DNA of 64,000 nucleotides from an uncultured Erysipelotrichaceae bacterium (GCA_902779035.1 CACZAH010000004.1:12452-76451); one strand, 5' to 3'; counted from the first letter of the stretch, positions 30,249-39,855 are shown. The notes: generated by a model from the sequence alone, not told the origin. Translations and numbers: made by a program.

Positions 30249-30756
30249 GATAAAAAAGGAAATTTGAAAGTTTTGTTGTATATTATATATAGGACGATAA
30301 AAAAGATACTATATATGGAGAGAGACTTTTGTAGAAAAAGTTGTAATTCAAAATGAATAAAAAGGAAAAAGGTAAGTATATATACTAGAAAACTTAAAGA
30401 TGGAAAGTTATTCTTATGCTAGTATATAGATGTTTAAAAAAATAATTTATTGATGCTAGTATATCATTAGGTATACAAAACAATTAAAAATCATTAGAAT
30501 TATTGTAGATTATTATAAAAAACTATGTTATACTAAAAATGCAAATGAGTTGTTTAAATTTGAATGTGTAATAGGCTCAATAACATTGTTACTTTGTATA
30601 AAATAGCAGGTAGTGATGTTGCATTAAAGTATATTGGTTATAATGCGGGCAACTATAGTAAAGATGATATTATATTTATTGCTCGCCTTGATACATATAG
30701 AAAAATTATAATGTCATAACACTATTTATAATTATATATAATATAAAGGAGGAAAT

Positions 30757-33246
30757 ATGTTAGAATTAAAAAATGTTACTAAAGTTTATAAAACTGCGGG
30801 TTTAACTCAAAAAGCACTTGATAAGGTTAGTATTAAGTTTAGGGATAATGAGTTTGTATCTATATTAGGTCAATCTGGTAGTGGTAAAACTACTATGTTA
30901 AATATAATAGGTGGTCTTGATAGATACACTAGTGGTGATTTAATTATTAATGGAATAAGTACTAAGAAATATAAAGATAAAAACTGGGATACATATCGTA
31001 ATCATAAAGTAGGATTTGTATTTCAAAGTTATAATCTAATATCACATCAAACTGCTTTATCTAATGTAGAACTTGCTTTAACTTTATCAGGAGTAGGTAA
31101 AAAAGAAAGAAGAAAAAGAGCAATTGATGCCCTTAAAAAAGTGGGACTTAAGGATCATATTCATAAGAAGCCTAGTGAAATGTCAGGTGGACAGATGCAA
31201 CGTGTTGCGATAGCTAGAGCTCTAGTTAATAATCCTGATATATTACTTGCTGATGAGCCAACTGGTGCCTTAGATTCTAAAACTAGTGTTCAGATTATGG
31301 ATTTATTAAAAGAAATAGCTAAAGATAGATTAGTTATTATGGTTACGCATAATCCAGAACTTGCTGATAAATATTCGACTAGAATAGTTAAGTTAAAAGA
31401 TGGTGTAATTACTGATGATTCTAATCCTTATACTGATAAAGAAGATAATAAAGATACATCAATTGGTAAGAAAACATCAATGTCATTCTTAACAGCTTTG
31501 AGTCTTAGTTTAAATAACTTAATGACTAAGAAAGCAAGAACATTTTTAACTGCTTTTGCCGGTTCTATTGGTATTATTGGTATTGCTTTAATACTTAGTT
31601 TATCTAATGGTGTATCTAATTATATCAATGAAAAAGAAGAAGAAGCTTTGTCTAATTATCCACTAACTATAGAGAAGAATTCTATGGATATGGCATCAAT
31701 GATGATATCTATGATGAAGACTAAAAGTAAACATTATGATGATGATAAAATACGTTCTAATAATGTACTTAATGACTTACTTACTTCATTTAAAGTAAAA
31801 GTTAATAATTTAAAAGATTTTAAAGTTTATTTAGATAGTAATAAAAGTTTAAATAAGTATGCTAATGATATACAGTATGGATATGACCTTGATATAAACT
31901 TATTTACTAAAGATGTAGATGGAAATACTTTAAAAGTAAATCCTACTAATATTTATGAAGATTTAGGAATAATTAGTCAGTTTATGCAATTTTCTGATAA
32001 TAATAATGTATTTACAGAGTTATTTAATAGTGATAAGTTATTACTTGATAATTATGATTTAGTAGCTGGTAATTTACCTAAAAACTATAATGAAGTAGTA
32101 GTAATGATAGATTCTAATAATGAGATTAGTGATTATACTTTATATGCATTAGGATTAAAAAGCAAGAGTGAACTAGAAGATATGGTTAAAAAGAGTGAGG
32201 CTGGGGAAGATGTTAAATCTAATCTAGAAGAATATAACTATGATGATTTATTAGGACTTAGTTATAAGTTAGTATTTAATAGTGATTACTATGTATTAGA
32301 AAATGGTATTTGGATTGATAAATCAAATAATAATGATTATATAAATAATTTATATAATAGTGCAGAAACTATTAGAGTAGTAGGTATTATAAAAGCACAT
32401 GAGAATACTTCTTTAACTACTACTGGTGCGATTGGTTATACTAAAGAATTAACTAATTATGTTATTGATAAAGTTAATAATAGTGAAATAGTTAAAGCAC
32501 AAAAAGATAATCCAAATATAAATGTATTTACTGGCAAGTCTTTTGATGATATAAATATTAGTATTGATCCTAGTATTTATACATTAAGTGAATCAGAGAT
32601 TAAAGCATATATTGAAAATATAATGGATACTAAAAGTACTTATGAAGATAATTTAAAGAAATTAGGGGTAGTAGATACTACTAACCCTGATACAATAAAT
32701 ATTTATCCTAAAGACTTTAAATCAAAAGATAATATAGTAGATATTATAGATAAATATAATGAAGGTAAAACCGATAGTGATAAAATAACATATACAGATA
32801 CAGTGGGTATGATGATGAAGAGTGTTACATCTATTGTAAACATTATAAGTTATGTACTTATTGCATTTGTTGGAATATCACTTGTAGTATCTAGTATTAT
32901 GATAGGTATTATTACATATATTTCTGTGCTTGAAAGAAGAAAAGAAATAGGTATTCTAAGAGCAATTGGAGCACGTAAGAAAGATATATCTAGAGTATTT
33001 AATGCTGAGGCAATAATAGAAGGATTAGCTGCAGGTATACTTGGTATATTAATTACACTATTATTATCTCTATTAGGTAATATAATAGTATCACATGTAC
33101 TCGATGTAGATAACATAATGCACTTAGAATTATCTAATGCAATAATATTAATTCTAATAAGTGTATTATTAACATTTATAGCAGGGCTTGTTCCATCTAG
33201 AATTGCAAGTAAGAAAGATCCTGTAATCGCACTTAGAGAGGAATAA
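30757..33246 (+). CDS. Fused ABC transporter ATP-binding/permease protein (MacB/FtsX type)
   Basis: Walker A GQSGSGKTT, signature MSGGQMQRVAIARAL and Walker B ILLADEPT. Large extracytoplasmic region. C-terminal FtsX-like permease (ERRKEIGILRAIGARKKDI). Confidence 0.85.
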   Translation: MLELKNVTKVYKTAGLTQKALDKVSIKFRDNEFVSILGQSGSGKTTMLNIIGGLDRYTSGDLIINGISTKKYKDKNWDTYRNHKVGFVFQSYNLISHQTALSNVELALTLSGVGKKERRKRAIDALKKVGLKDHIHKKPSEMSGGQMQRVAIARALVNNPDILLADEPTGALDSKTSVQIMDLLKEIAKDRLVIMVTHNPELADKYSTRIVKLKDGVITDDSNPYTDKEDNKDTSIGKKTSMSFLTALSLSLNNLMTKKARTFLTAFAGSIGIIGIALILSLSNGVSNYINEKEEEALSNYPLTIEKNSMDMASMMISMMKTKSKHYDDDKIRSNNVLNDLLTSFKVKVNNLKDFKVYLDSNKSLNKYANDIQYGYDLDINLFTKDVDGNTLKVNPTNIYEDLGIISQFMQFSDNNNVFTELFNSDKLLLDNYDLVAGNLPKNYNEVVVMIDSNNEISDYTLYALGLKSKSELEDMVKKSEAGEDVKSNLEEYNYDDLLGLSYKLVFNSDYYVLENGIWIDKSNNNDYINNLYNSAETIRVVGIIKAHENTSLTTTGAIGYTKELTNYVIDKVNNSEIVKAQKDNPNINVFTGKSFDDINISIDPSIYTLSESEIKAYIENIMDTKSTYEDNLKKLGVVDTTNPDTINIYPKDFKSKDNIVDIIDKYNEGKTDSDKITYTDTVGMMMKSVTSIVNIISYVLIAFVGISLVVSSIMIGIITYISVLERRKEIGILRAIGARKKDISRVFNAEAIIEGLAAGILGILITLLLSLLGNIIVSHVLDVDNIMHLELSNAIILILISVLLTFIAGLVPSRIASKKDPVIALREE

Positions 33247-33335
33247 TAGTATTTGTTTAATTTGTAGATTATGAAAATGAGAATAGACAATATTCTTTTT
33301 TTCTGCTATCATGTCTTAAAGAAGTAGGTGATATT

Positions 33336-34142
33336 ATGCCAGAATTACCAGAGGTAGAAACAGTAAAAAATACATTAAAAAAACATGTATTGGGGAAAAA
33401 AATAATTAGTGTTGATGTATTTTATAATATGATTGATAAGCCAGATATAGAAACATTTAAAAAATTGGTTAAAAATCAGACTATTATAGATATAAAACGT
33501 CGTGGTAAATTTTTAATGTTTGAACTTGATGACTATTATTTGCTTAGCCATCTTAGAATGGAAGGGAAATACTTTATTGATGGAAGTATTACGCGGCATG
33601 ATCATGTTATATTTCATTTTGATAAGGGTTTTCTTAAATACAATGATACAAGAAAGTTTGGAAGAATGTATTTAGTTGAGAAAGATAAAGTATATATGGA
33701 AAAACCATTATCTTGCTTAGGTTTAGAACCATGGGATACTAATTTAACAAGTGATTATTTAATGGAGAAACTAAAAAATAAAAGGTTACCAATAAAAAGC
33801 ATATTGTTAGATCAAAGTATAATTACAGGAATTGGTAATATATATGCAGATGAAATACTTTTTAAAAGTAATATTAATCCTTTAAAAAAGGGTAACAATA
33901 TCAATTTAACTGAAAGTAATAATATAATTAAATATACTCGTGATATATTAGAGCGGGCAATTAAGTTAGGTGGTACAACGATTAAGAGTTATGAATCATC
34001 TCGTGGAGTACACGGCAGATTTCAAAATAATTTGCTTGTTCATAATCATGAAGGAGATAAATGTCCCAATTGTAATAGTATTATTATTAAGATTAAGATT
34101 AATGGTAGAGGAACATACTATTGTCCAAAATGTCAAAAATAA
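33336..34142 (+). CDS. mutM: Formamidopyrimidine-DNA glycosylase
   Basis: MPELPEVETV N-terminus, H2TH region and the C-terminal zinc finger CPNC...YYCPKCQ. Confidence 0.92.
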   Translation: MPELPEVETVKNTLKKHVLGKKIISVDVFYNMIDKPDIETFKKLVKNQTIIDIKRRGKFLMFELDDYYLLSHLRMEGKYFIDGSITRHDHVIFHFDKGFLKYNDTRKFGRMYLVEKDKVYMEKPLSCLGLEPWDTNLTSDYLMEKLKNKRLPIKSILLDQSIITGIGNIYADEILFKSNINPLKKGNNINLTESNNIIKYTRDILERAIKLGGTTIKSYESSRGVHGRFQNNLLVHNHEGDKCPNCNSIIIKIKINGRGTYYCPKCQK

Positions 34143-34150
34143 GGTGGAAT

Positions 34151-35374
34151 ATGAGCAAATATATACTAGATTTGATAAATAATAATGAAGATTTATTTAT
34201 TAGAGATTTTAAAAAGATTATAGGTGATTTATCTAAAGAGGATATAATAAATATGTTTACAAAGTCTAGGATTATTAAAGTGATAATTAATAATAATTTA
34301 TTTTATAATAATTTGGATATACTTAGTAAAAAAATTGATGCTGGTTATATTAAAACAGTTATTGATATAATGTCTAGGTATAATAAAGATTACGTATTAA
34401 CTAATAAGTATAAGTTATTTAATTATTATTTTAGTTATTATTTTTATCGTGAATATATAGATTATTGTATTGATAATTTTAATATAGATATCAAAGATAT
34501 TATTAATTATATTAAAGATAATAGTGTTAAACTTAAAAGTAATGATTTGATGAGTTATTTATTAAGCTATGGTTATGAAGATATAGTTAATGATAATATA
34601 GACATGTTTATAAATAATTCTGTATGTCTTATGGAGTTAAAAAAAGATATTATGAATTTAAGAATGAATGTAGATAATATATTAATAAATAGAGTAAATA
34701 GTCGCATGGATAATAATATAGATATTGTATTAGAAGAGATTATATCTACAAGATTTGATTATGATAAATTTGGTAAAGAAAGGATACTTCCTTACTTAAA
34801 ACGAATAATATATGAACTTTGTGAACAAGAAAAAGTTAATTATCACGATATTAAGTATGTTGGTGGAGGAGACTTTTCATCTTGTTTTAAAATAGGGCAT
34901 AAGTATTTTAAAATAGGAGATAAGCGCCGTACATTTTATATAAAGAATAACAAACGATTATTACAACCATTAAGGAGAGAAGAGATTAAAACATTAAATG
35001 ATGAGTTTATGTTTACACTAGAAATAAATGAGGAAGTTGACACAAATAATATTACAGATAATGATGTTTACTTAGTTTATAAAGAACTTAGAAAACAGGG
35101 AATTATTTGGACAGATCCTAAAAAAGCAAATCTTGGAAGACTAATTAAGGATAATAAAATATATTATGATGGTATTGATATGGTTGATAAAGTTGGAACT
35201 GGTTTTTTAACTGATTCTTCCTGTACATTAAAAGCTGGAGAACTAGTTATTATAGATACAGATTTTATTTATGATGAGGATGACTTGGATTATTTAAATC
35301 ATACTACTGATTTATGGACTTATTTTGAACAAAGGTATCAAGAAGAATTGTTTATGAGTAATATAAAGAAATAA
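34151..35374 (+). CDS. Hypothetical protein with a C-terminal protein-kinase-like (PKL) motif set
   Basis: ATG 34151 after aaggtgg. The C-terminal ~170 aa carry VGGGDFSSCFKIGHKYFKIG (Gly-loop plus Lys), IIWTDPKKANLG (D-x-K-x-x-N) and LVIIDTDFIY (DFG-like). The N-terminal 240 aa are unrecognised. Confidence 0.4.
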   Translation: MSKYILDLINNNEDLFIRDFKKIIGDLSKEDIINMFTKSRIIKVIINNNLFYNNLDILSKKIDAGYIKTVIDIMSRYNKDYVLTNKYKLFNYYFSYYFYREYIDYCIDNFNIDIKDIINYIKDNSVKLKSNDLMSYLLSYGYEDIVNDNIDMFINNSVCLMELKKDIMNLRMNVDNILINRVNSRMDNNIDIVLEEIISTRFDYDKFGKERILPYLKRIIYELCEQEKVNYHDIKYVGGGDFSSCFKIGHKYFKIGDKRRTFYIKNNKRLLQPLRREEIKTLNDEFMFTLEINEEVDTNNITDNDVYLVYKELRKQGIIWTDPKKANLGRLIKDNKIYYDGIDMVDKVGTGFLTDSSCTLKAGELVIIDTDFIYDEDDLDYLNHTTDLWTYFEQRYQEELFMSNIKK

Positions 35375-35443
35375 AAAGTAATTTTCTCAAAAATTGCTTT
35401 TTATTTTCTAAAATATTGTGTATAATTGAGTAAGGTGATTCTG

Positions 35444-36748
35444 ATGAAGGGAATTAGTAAAAAAGTAGTTGAGTCAATATCAAAAATCAAAAAAGAACCT
35501 AAGTGGATGAGAGATTTTAGAGTTAATTCATATCTTAAATTTGAAGAACTCGCTAATCCAATTTTTGGACCTATGCTTGATATTGATTTTGATGATATAA
35601 CATATTATAAGAAAGTAACTGATAAAGTTAAGAGAAGTTGGGATGATGTACCTAAAGATGTAAAAGATACATTTGATAAACTTGGTATACCTGATGCAGA
35701 GAAAAAGTATTTAGCTGGTGTTGGAGCTCAGTATGAAAGTGAAGTAGTATATCACAATATGATTAAAGAATTAGAGGATAAAAATGTAATATTTTGTGAT
35801 ACTGATACGGCTCTTAAAAAATACCCTGATATATTTAAAGAATACTTTAATAAACTAGTTAAGTATGATGAAAATAAATATACTGCTTTAAATGGTGCGG
35901 TATGGAGTGGTGGAACATTTATCTATATTCCACCTCATACTCACTTAGATAGACCACTTCAAAGTTATTTTAGAATTAATAGTAAGAACATGGGACAGTT
36001 TGAAAGAACTATTATTGTAGTTGATGAATATTCTACTCTGCACTATATGGAAGGATGTACTGCTCCAACATATACAACTGATTCATTGCATGCTGCAGTA
36101 GTTGAGATATATGTAAAAAAGGGTGCGAAATGTAGATATACAACAATACAGAATTGGGCTAATAATGTTTATAATTTAGTTACTAAAAGAGCTATAGTAG
36201 AAGAATTTGGATTAATGGAATGGATTGATGGTAATATTGGTTCAAGAGTTAATATGAAATATCCTGCCTGTATATTAAATGGAGAGTATGCAAATGGTAG
36301 GTGTATTTCTATTGCAGTAGCTAAAGATAATCAGGTACAGGATGCAGGGGCAAAAATGATTCATCTTGCTCCTCACACAAAAAGTGATATCATAAGTAAA
36401 AGTATCGCTGTTAGTGGTGGTGATGCGACATATCGTGGTTGGGTTAAAATTACTGATAAGGCCGAACACTCTAAAGCAATGGTTAAGTGTGATACAATAA
36501 TCCTAGATAGCGATTCTAAAAGTGATACTATACCTAAAAATATTGTATCTAATAATACATCTAGCCTAAACCATGAAGCAACCGTTGCTAGAATTAGTCA
36601 GGATAAACTATTCTATTTAATGAGTAGAGGAATTAGTGAAGAGAGAGCTAAAGAATTAATAATTATGGGTTTTATAGAAAGGTTTAGAGAAGAACTTCCA
36701 ATGGAATATGCTGTAGAATTAAACGCTTTATTAAAAAATTACTTCTGA
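35444..36748 (+). CDS. sufB: Fe-S cluster assembly protein SufB
   Basis: [50 protein letters not shown] and [14 protein letters not shown] 35444 follows aaggtga. Confidence 0.88.
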   Translation: MKGISKKVVESISKIKKEPKWMRDFRVNSYLKFEELANPIFGPMLDIDFDDITYYKKVTDKVKRSWDDVPKDVKDTFDKLGIPDAEKKYLAGVGAQYESEVVYHNMIKELEDKNVIFCDTDTALKKYPDIFKEYFNKLVKYDENKYTALNGAVWSGGTFIYIPPHTHLDRPLQSYFRINSKNMGQFERTIIVVDEYSTLHYMEGCTAPTYTTDSLHAAVVEIYVKKGAKCRYTTIQNWANNVYNLVTKRAIVEEFGLMEWIDGNIGSRVNMKYPACILNGEYANGRCISIAVAKDNQVQDAGAKMIHLAPHTKSDIISKSIAVSGGDATYRGWVKITDKAEHSKAMVKCDTIILDSDSKSDTIPKNIVSNNTSSLNHEATVARISQDKLFYLMSRGISEERAKELIIMGFIERFREELPMEYAVELNALLKNYF

Positions 36749-36773
36749 TACGTTTTTTCAAAAATAGTTTATA

Positions 36774-36815
36774 AAAAAATACTACATTTTAAAATTTACT
36801 TGTAGTATTTTTATT
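36774..36815 (+). terminator. Rho-independent terminator after sufB
   Basis: aaaaatactaca-(14 nt)-tgtagtattttt. Confidence 0.65.
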
Positions 36816-36906
36816 ATGGCAAAAAATAGAGTGTAGATTTTTAAAAAACGTCATTTGCAATCCCAAAAATCATCTGTTAATATACACTCTTGAAAGGAGA
36901 GATTGT

Positions 36907-37242
36907 ATGTTAAATCAAGCTGTAGTTGTAGGTAGAATTGTTAGAGAACCTGAAGTAAAAAAGACTGAAAATGGTAATGCTGTATCTAACATTACTCTAG
37001 CTGTACCACGTGAATTTAAAAATCCAAAGGGCGAATATGATACTGATTTCATTAATTGTGTTCTTTGGAAAGGTGTAGCTGAAAGTACTGCTTCTTATTG
37101 CCAAAAAGGTGATTTAGTTGGTGTACGTGGTCGTATTCAAACTAGAAACTATGAATACAACAATGAGAAAAGACAGGCAGTTGAATTAGTTGCTGAAAAA
37201 GTAACATTTCTAACTGGCAAGCATCCCGATGTAGAAGAGTAA
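36907..37242 (+). CDS. ssb: Single-stranded DNA-binding protein, short form without an acidic C-terminal tip (SsbB-like)
   Basis: OB-fold MLNQAVVVGRIVREPEVKKTENG...FINCVLWKG...VGVRGRIQTRNYE. It ends ...TGKHPDVEE with no DD(I/L)PF tail, and it is not in an rpsF-ssb-rpsR context. Confidence 0.85.
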   Translation: MLNQAVVVGRIVREPEVKKTENGNAVSNITLAVPREFKNPKGEYDTDFINCVLWKGVAESTASYCQKGDLVGVRGRIQTRNYEYNNEKRQAVELVAEKVTFLTGKHPDVEE

Positions 37243-37256
37243 TTCTACATCTTTTG
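37228..37256 (+). terminator. Rho-independent terminator after ssb
   Basis: gatgtagaa-gagtaat-ttctacatc followed by tttt; overlaps the stop codon. Confidence 0.75.
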
Positions 37257-37288
37257 GGATAATTAATTATTATAGAAAGGATATATGT

Positions 37289-38305
37289 ATGAAAAAATTT
37301 TATAAAGGAAGATCTGATATAGTATTTAAATCTGTTTTTACAAAGAAGAGTAATTGGGATTTGCTTAAAAAGTTGATTGAAGAATCAATAAATATGGAAG
37401 TTGAAATACTTGAGGTTAAGGCTAATGAATTACCTAAAAAAAGTATATATGAAAGAGGTAAAATATTAGATGTATTAGTAGCTACTGAAGTAGGTGAAGT
37501 AAACATTGAACTTAATTCTTACTCAAATAAGTATTTACATAGAAGAAATGCTTCTTATATATTTACTAGATATTCTAGTTCTGTTCCAGCTGGCGGTGAT
37601 TATAGTAAAATGAATAATTTTATTCAGATTAATTTAACTTATTCCGGTGATTATGATGTAGCAGAATGTTCTTGCTATAAATTAGTAGAAGTAACAAGAG
37701 GTGAAGAGTATATTGATAACTTGACTATTTATGAATTTAATTTGCAGAAAATTAAGGAATCGTGGTATAATGGAGATAGAAAACACAATCTTATGGCTTT
37801 ATTAGATGCTGATTCTAAAGAGCTAGATAATATGTCTAAAGGAGATTATGCTATGAATAAGTTCAAGAATGAAGTAAAAGAATTAAATAAAGGACTAGGG
37901 GATATTCAATTTATGGATCCTGATGATGATGCAGAAGTTATTATGAATACAATTATTTCTGCAGAAAAAGAGAAGGCAGCAGAAGAAGGCATGAGAATAG
38001 GTTTGGAACAGGGCTTAAAACAAGGTATTGAACAAGGTATTGAACAAGGTATTGAACAAGGTATTGAACAAGGTATTGAACAAGGTATTGAACAAGGTAT
38101 TGAACAAGGTATTGAACAAGGTATCGAAAAAGGTATCGAACAAGGCATCGAACAAGGTACCCGTCAAGGTATTGAGCAAGGTCTAGAACAAGGACGCAAA
38201 GCATTGTTAGAAACTGCTAGAAATCTGAAAGATATGGGTATGAGTGTTTCTGATATTTCAAAAGCTACTGGACTAAGTGAAGATGTAGTTGAAAGTATAA
38301 GGTAA
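37289..38305 (+). CDS. Rpn-family PD-(D/E)XK recombination-promoting nuclease/putative transposase
   Basis: N-terminus YKGRSDIVFKSVF...ILDVLVATEVGEVNIELN is the typical PDDEXK core. The C-terminus LLETARNLKDMGMSVSDISKATGLS is HTH-like. It contains the G(I/L)EQ repeat tract. Confidence 0.8.
   Translation: MKKFYKGRSDIVFKSVFTKKSNWDLLKKLIEESINMEVEILEVKANELPKKSIYERGKILDVLVATEVGEVNIELNSYSNKYLHRRNASYIFTRYSSSVPAGGDYSKMNNFIQINLTYSGDYDVAECSCYKLVEVTRGEEYIDNLTIYEFNLQKIKESWYNGDRKHNLMALLDADSKELDNMSKGDYAMNKFKNEVKELNKGLGDIQFMDPDDDAEVIMNTIISAEKEKAAEEGMRIGLEQGLKQGIEQGIEQGIEQGIEQGIEQGIEQGIEQGIEQGIEKGIEQGIEQGTRQGIEQGLEQGRKALLETARNLKDMGMSVSDISKATGLSEDVVESIR
38000..38191 (+). repeat. In-frame 12-bp tandem repeat: 16 units encoding G-[ILT]-x-[QK], of which 8 are perfect ggtattgaacaa copies at 38024-38119
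   Basis: Read directly from the sequence. Protein: GLEQGLKQ(GIEQ)x8 GIEKGIEQGIEQGTRQGIEQGLEQ. Confidence 0.95.
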
Positions 38306-38337
38306 AATAATGCATTCTATTAAACAGGAGTGATAAA

Positions 38338-38706
38338 GTGGAATTTATAAATTATAGTAAGTGTTCAACGTGTAAGAAAGCAAAAGATTTTTTAGATAGT
38401 AATAATATAAAATATGTTGATAGACAAATTAAAGATAATAATCCTAGTTATGATGAGATTAAGAATTAGATAAATAAATATAATGTTAGTATAAGAAAAT
38501 TATTTAATACTAGTGGTATTTTATATAGAGAAATGAATTTGAAAAACAAGTTAGGTAACATGTGTGTCGATGATAAAATTCGTTTATTATCAACTGATGG
38601 CATGCTTATTAAAAGACCTATTTTAGTTAATGATAAAACTATACTTATTGGTTTTAAAGAAAAAGAGTGGAGTGATAATTTAGTGCAAAATAAAAAGCCT
38701 AATTAA
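38338..38706 (+). pseudogene. ArsC/Spx-family (YffB-like) thioredoxin-fold protein gene interrupted by one in-frame TAG (codon 44, nt 38467-38469); not in the ORF track
   Basis: GTG 38338 follows caggag. Translation: VEFINYSKCSTCKKAKDFLDSNNIKYVDRQIKDNNPSYDEIKN*INKYNVSIRKLFNTSGILYREMNL...LSTDGMLIKRPILVNDKTILIGFKEKEW. The family normally has Trp (TGG) at the stop position. Confidence 0.75.
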
Positions 38707-38882
38707 ATAACTTTTATGAGATATTTCATATAATATAATTAAATTTTAAGAAAGATAGTAGAAGTGAAATATTTAATTATATTATGTTCTAAACAATTGT
38801 TTCTATACAATTTTTAAAAATAAGCATCATTTTCTTGCACATTTCAACATTTTATGATATATTTTTAGTGTAGTAAATAGAG

Positions 38883-39194
38883 GTGGTTGATTTGGATGCA
38901 ATTATTATTATCGCGATTATTGCAGTTATAGCATTTTATTTTAGAAGAGTGGATAAGGTAGTTACAGGTGTTGCAATTGTAGATATATTTTTAAGAATAT
39001 TTCATTACTTAGTTGTTAATATCGAAATTAAGGGCATATCTGAATATGTAGAAAAGTATTTGCCAGAAAGTATTCCAGATATTATTGGCAATTATACTAG
39101 TGATATGCTTTATGATATTTTAATTTGGATATATGTAATTATTATGGCAATATTCTTGGGATATACAATAAAACATTTTATTAATAAAAAATAG
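38883..39194 (+). CDS. Small hypothetical membrane protein (about 100 aa, 3 TM)
   Basis: agaggtgg RBS. The start may be GTG 38883 or TTG 38892. Hydrophobic segments are present throughout. Confidence 0.5.
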   Translation: MVDLDAIIIIAIIAVIAFYFRRVDKVVTGVAIVDIFLRIFHYLVVNIEIKGISEYVEKYLPESIPDIIGNYTSDMLYDILIWIYVIIMAIFLGYTIKHFINKK

Positions 39195-39306
39195 TAGAGT
39201 AGGACATATGTAGTGATACATGTGTCTTTATATTATGAGCTATATTATAGTTGTAAAATGAATTAATTTATGGTACACTTGTGGTAACTAGTTAGGGTGA
39301 TTAATA

Positions 39307-39855
39307 ATGTATGAGTATATAAAAGGTAAGATTGCAGATATAGAAGCAAACTATATAGTAATAGATAATAATGGTATTGGATACATAGTATATGTGGCTT
39401 CGCCATATTCATATAAAATAGAAGATACTAAGATTTATATTTATCAATATGTTAAGGAAGATGAACTTAGCTTATATGGATTTAAGTCTAAAGAAGAAAA
39501 AGATTTGTTTTTAAAGCTTATTGGTGTGAAAGGATTAGGTTGTAAGATGGCTTTACCTATGTTTGCAACTGGTTCAACATCAAGCATTATAGATGCAATA
39601 GAGAAAGAAGATGTAGCTTACTTAAAGAAGTTTCCTAAAATAGGAGATAAAGTAGCTAGACAAATTATATTAGATTTAAAAGGAAAATTAGTTTCAAATA
39701 GTAATAGTGTAGGTGTAGATAATACTGAACTTATTGAAGCATTAAAAGCACTAGGTTATAAGACTAATGATATAAACAAGATATTACCTAAGATTGATAA
39801 TAGTAGATCTTTAGAGACACAAATAAAAGAAGCATTAAAATTATTATTAAAATAG
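39307..39855 (+). CDS. ruvA: Holliday junction DNA helicase RuvA
   Basis: MYEYIKGKI...NGIGY; LYGF...[20 protein letters not shown]; [17 protein letters not shown]. Confidence 0.92.
   Translation: MYEYIKGKIADIEANYIVIDNNGIGYIVYVASPYSYKIEDTKIYIYQYVKEDELSLYGFKSKEEKDLFLKLIGVKGLGCKMALPMFATGSTSSIIDAIEKEDVAYLKKFPKIGDKVARQIILDLKGKLVSNSNSVGVDNTELIEALKALGYKTNDINKILPKIDNSRSLETQIKEALKLLLK

Noticed and set aside
32850-33290. 146-aa antisense ORF over the 3' end of the ABC transporter gene
   Set aside because: It is antisense to the well-supported FtsX-like permease domain and has no independent signals. It is a compositional artefact.
33970-34182. 70-aa ORF overlapping the mutM 3' end, and the upstream-extended starts in the ORF track (14613, 16903, 34121, 35426, 49181, 53663, 55454, 55924, 57578)
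   Set aside because: In each case an internal ATG with a proper Shine-Dalgarno sequence and a homolog-consistent N-terminus exists. The extensions overlap the preceding gene and are artefacts of longest-ORF calling.
37906-38204. Antisense ORFs with PCSI/YLVQ repeats; a CRISPR-like array was also considered
   Set aside because: They are by-products of the 12-bp in-frame GIEQ repeat of the Rpn gene. The units are contiguous with no spacers, so this is not a CRISPR array.
38467-38469. In-frame TAG as evidence for stop-codon reassignment or pyrrolysine
   Set aside because: TAG clearly terminates several conserved genes in the window (M29 peptidase at 678-680, CapA-like gene at 15783-15785, ruvA, ruvB, the pilin gene). 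No pyl genes are seen. A point mutation or sequencing error is the simpler explanation.
38730-38785. Perfect 15-bp inverted repeat ataatataattaaat / atttaattatattat with a 26-nt loop, downstream of the ArsC-like pseudogene
   Set aside because: It is purely A/T and lies in an AT-rich spacer, with no T-run or conserved partner. It could be a weak terminator or operator, but chance AT palindromes of this kind are common, so it is not called as a feature.
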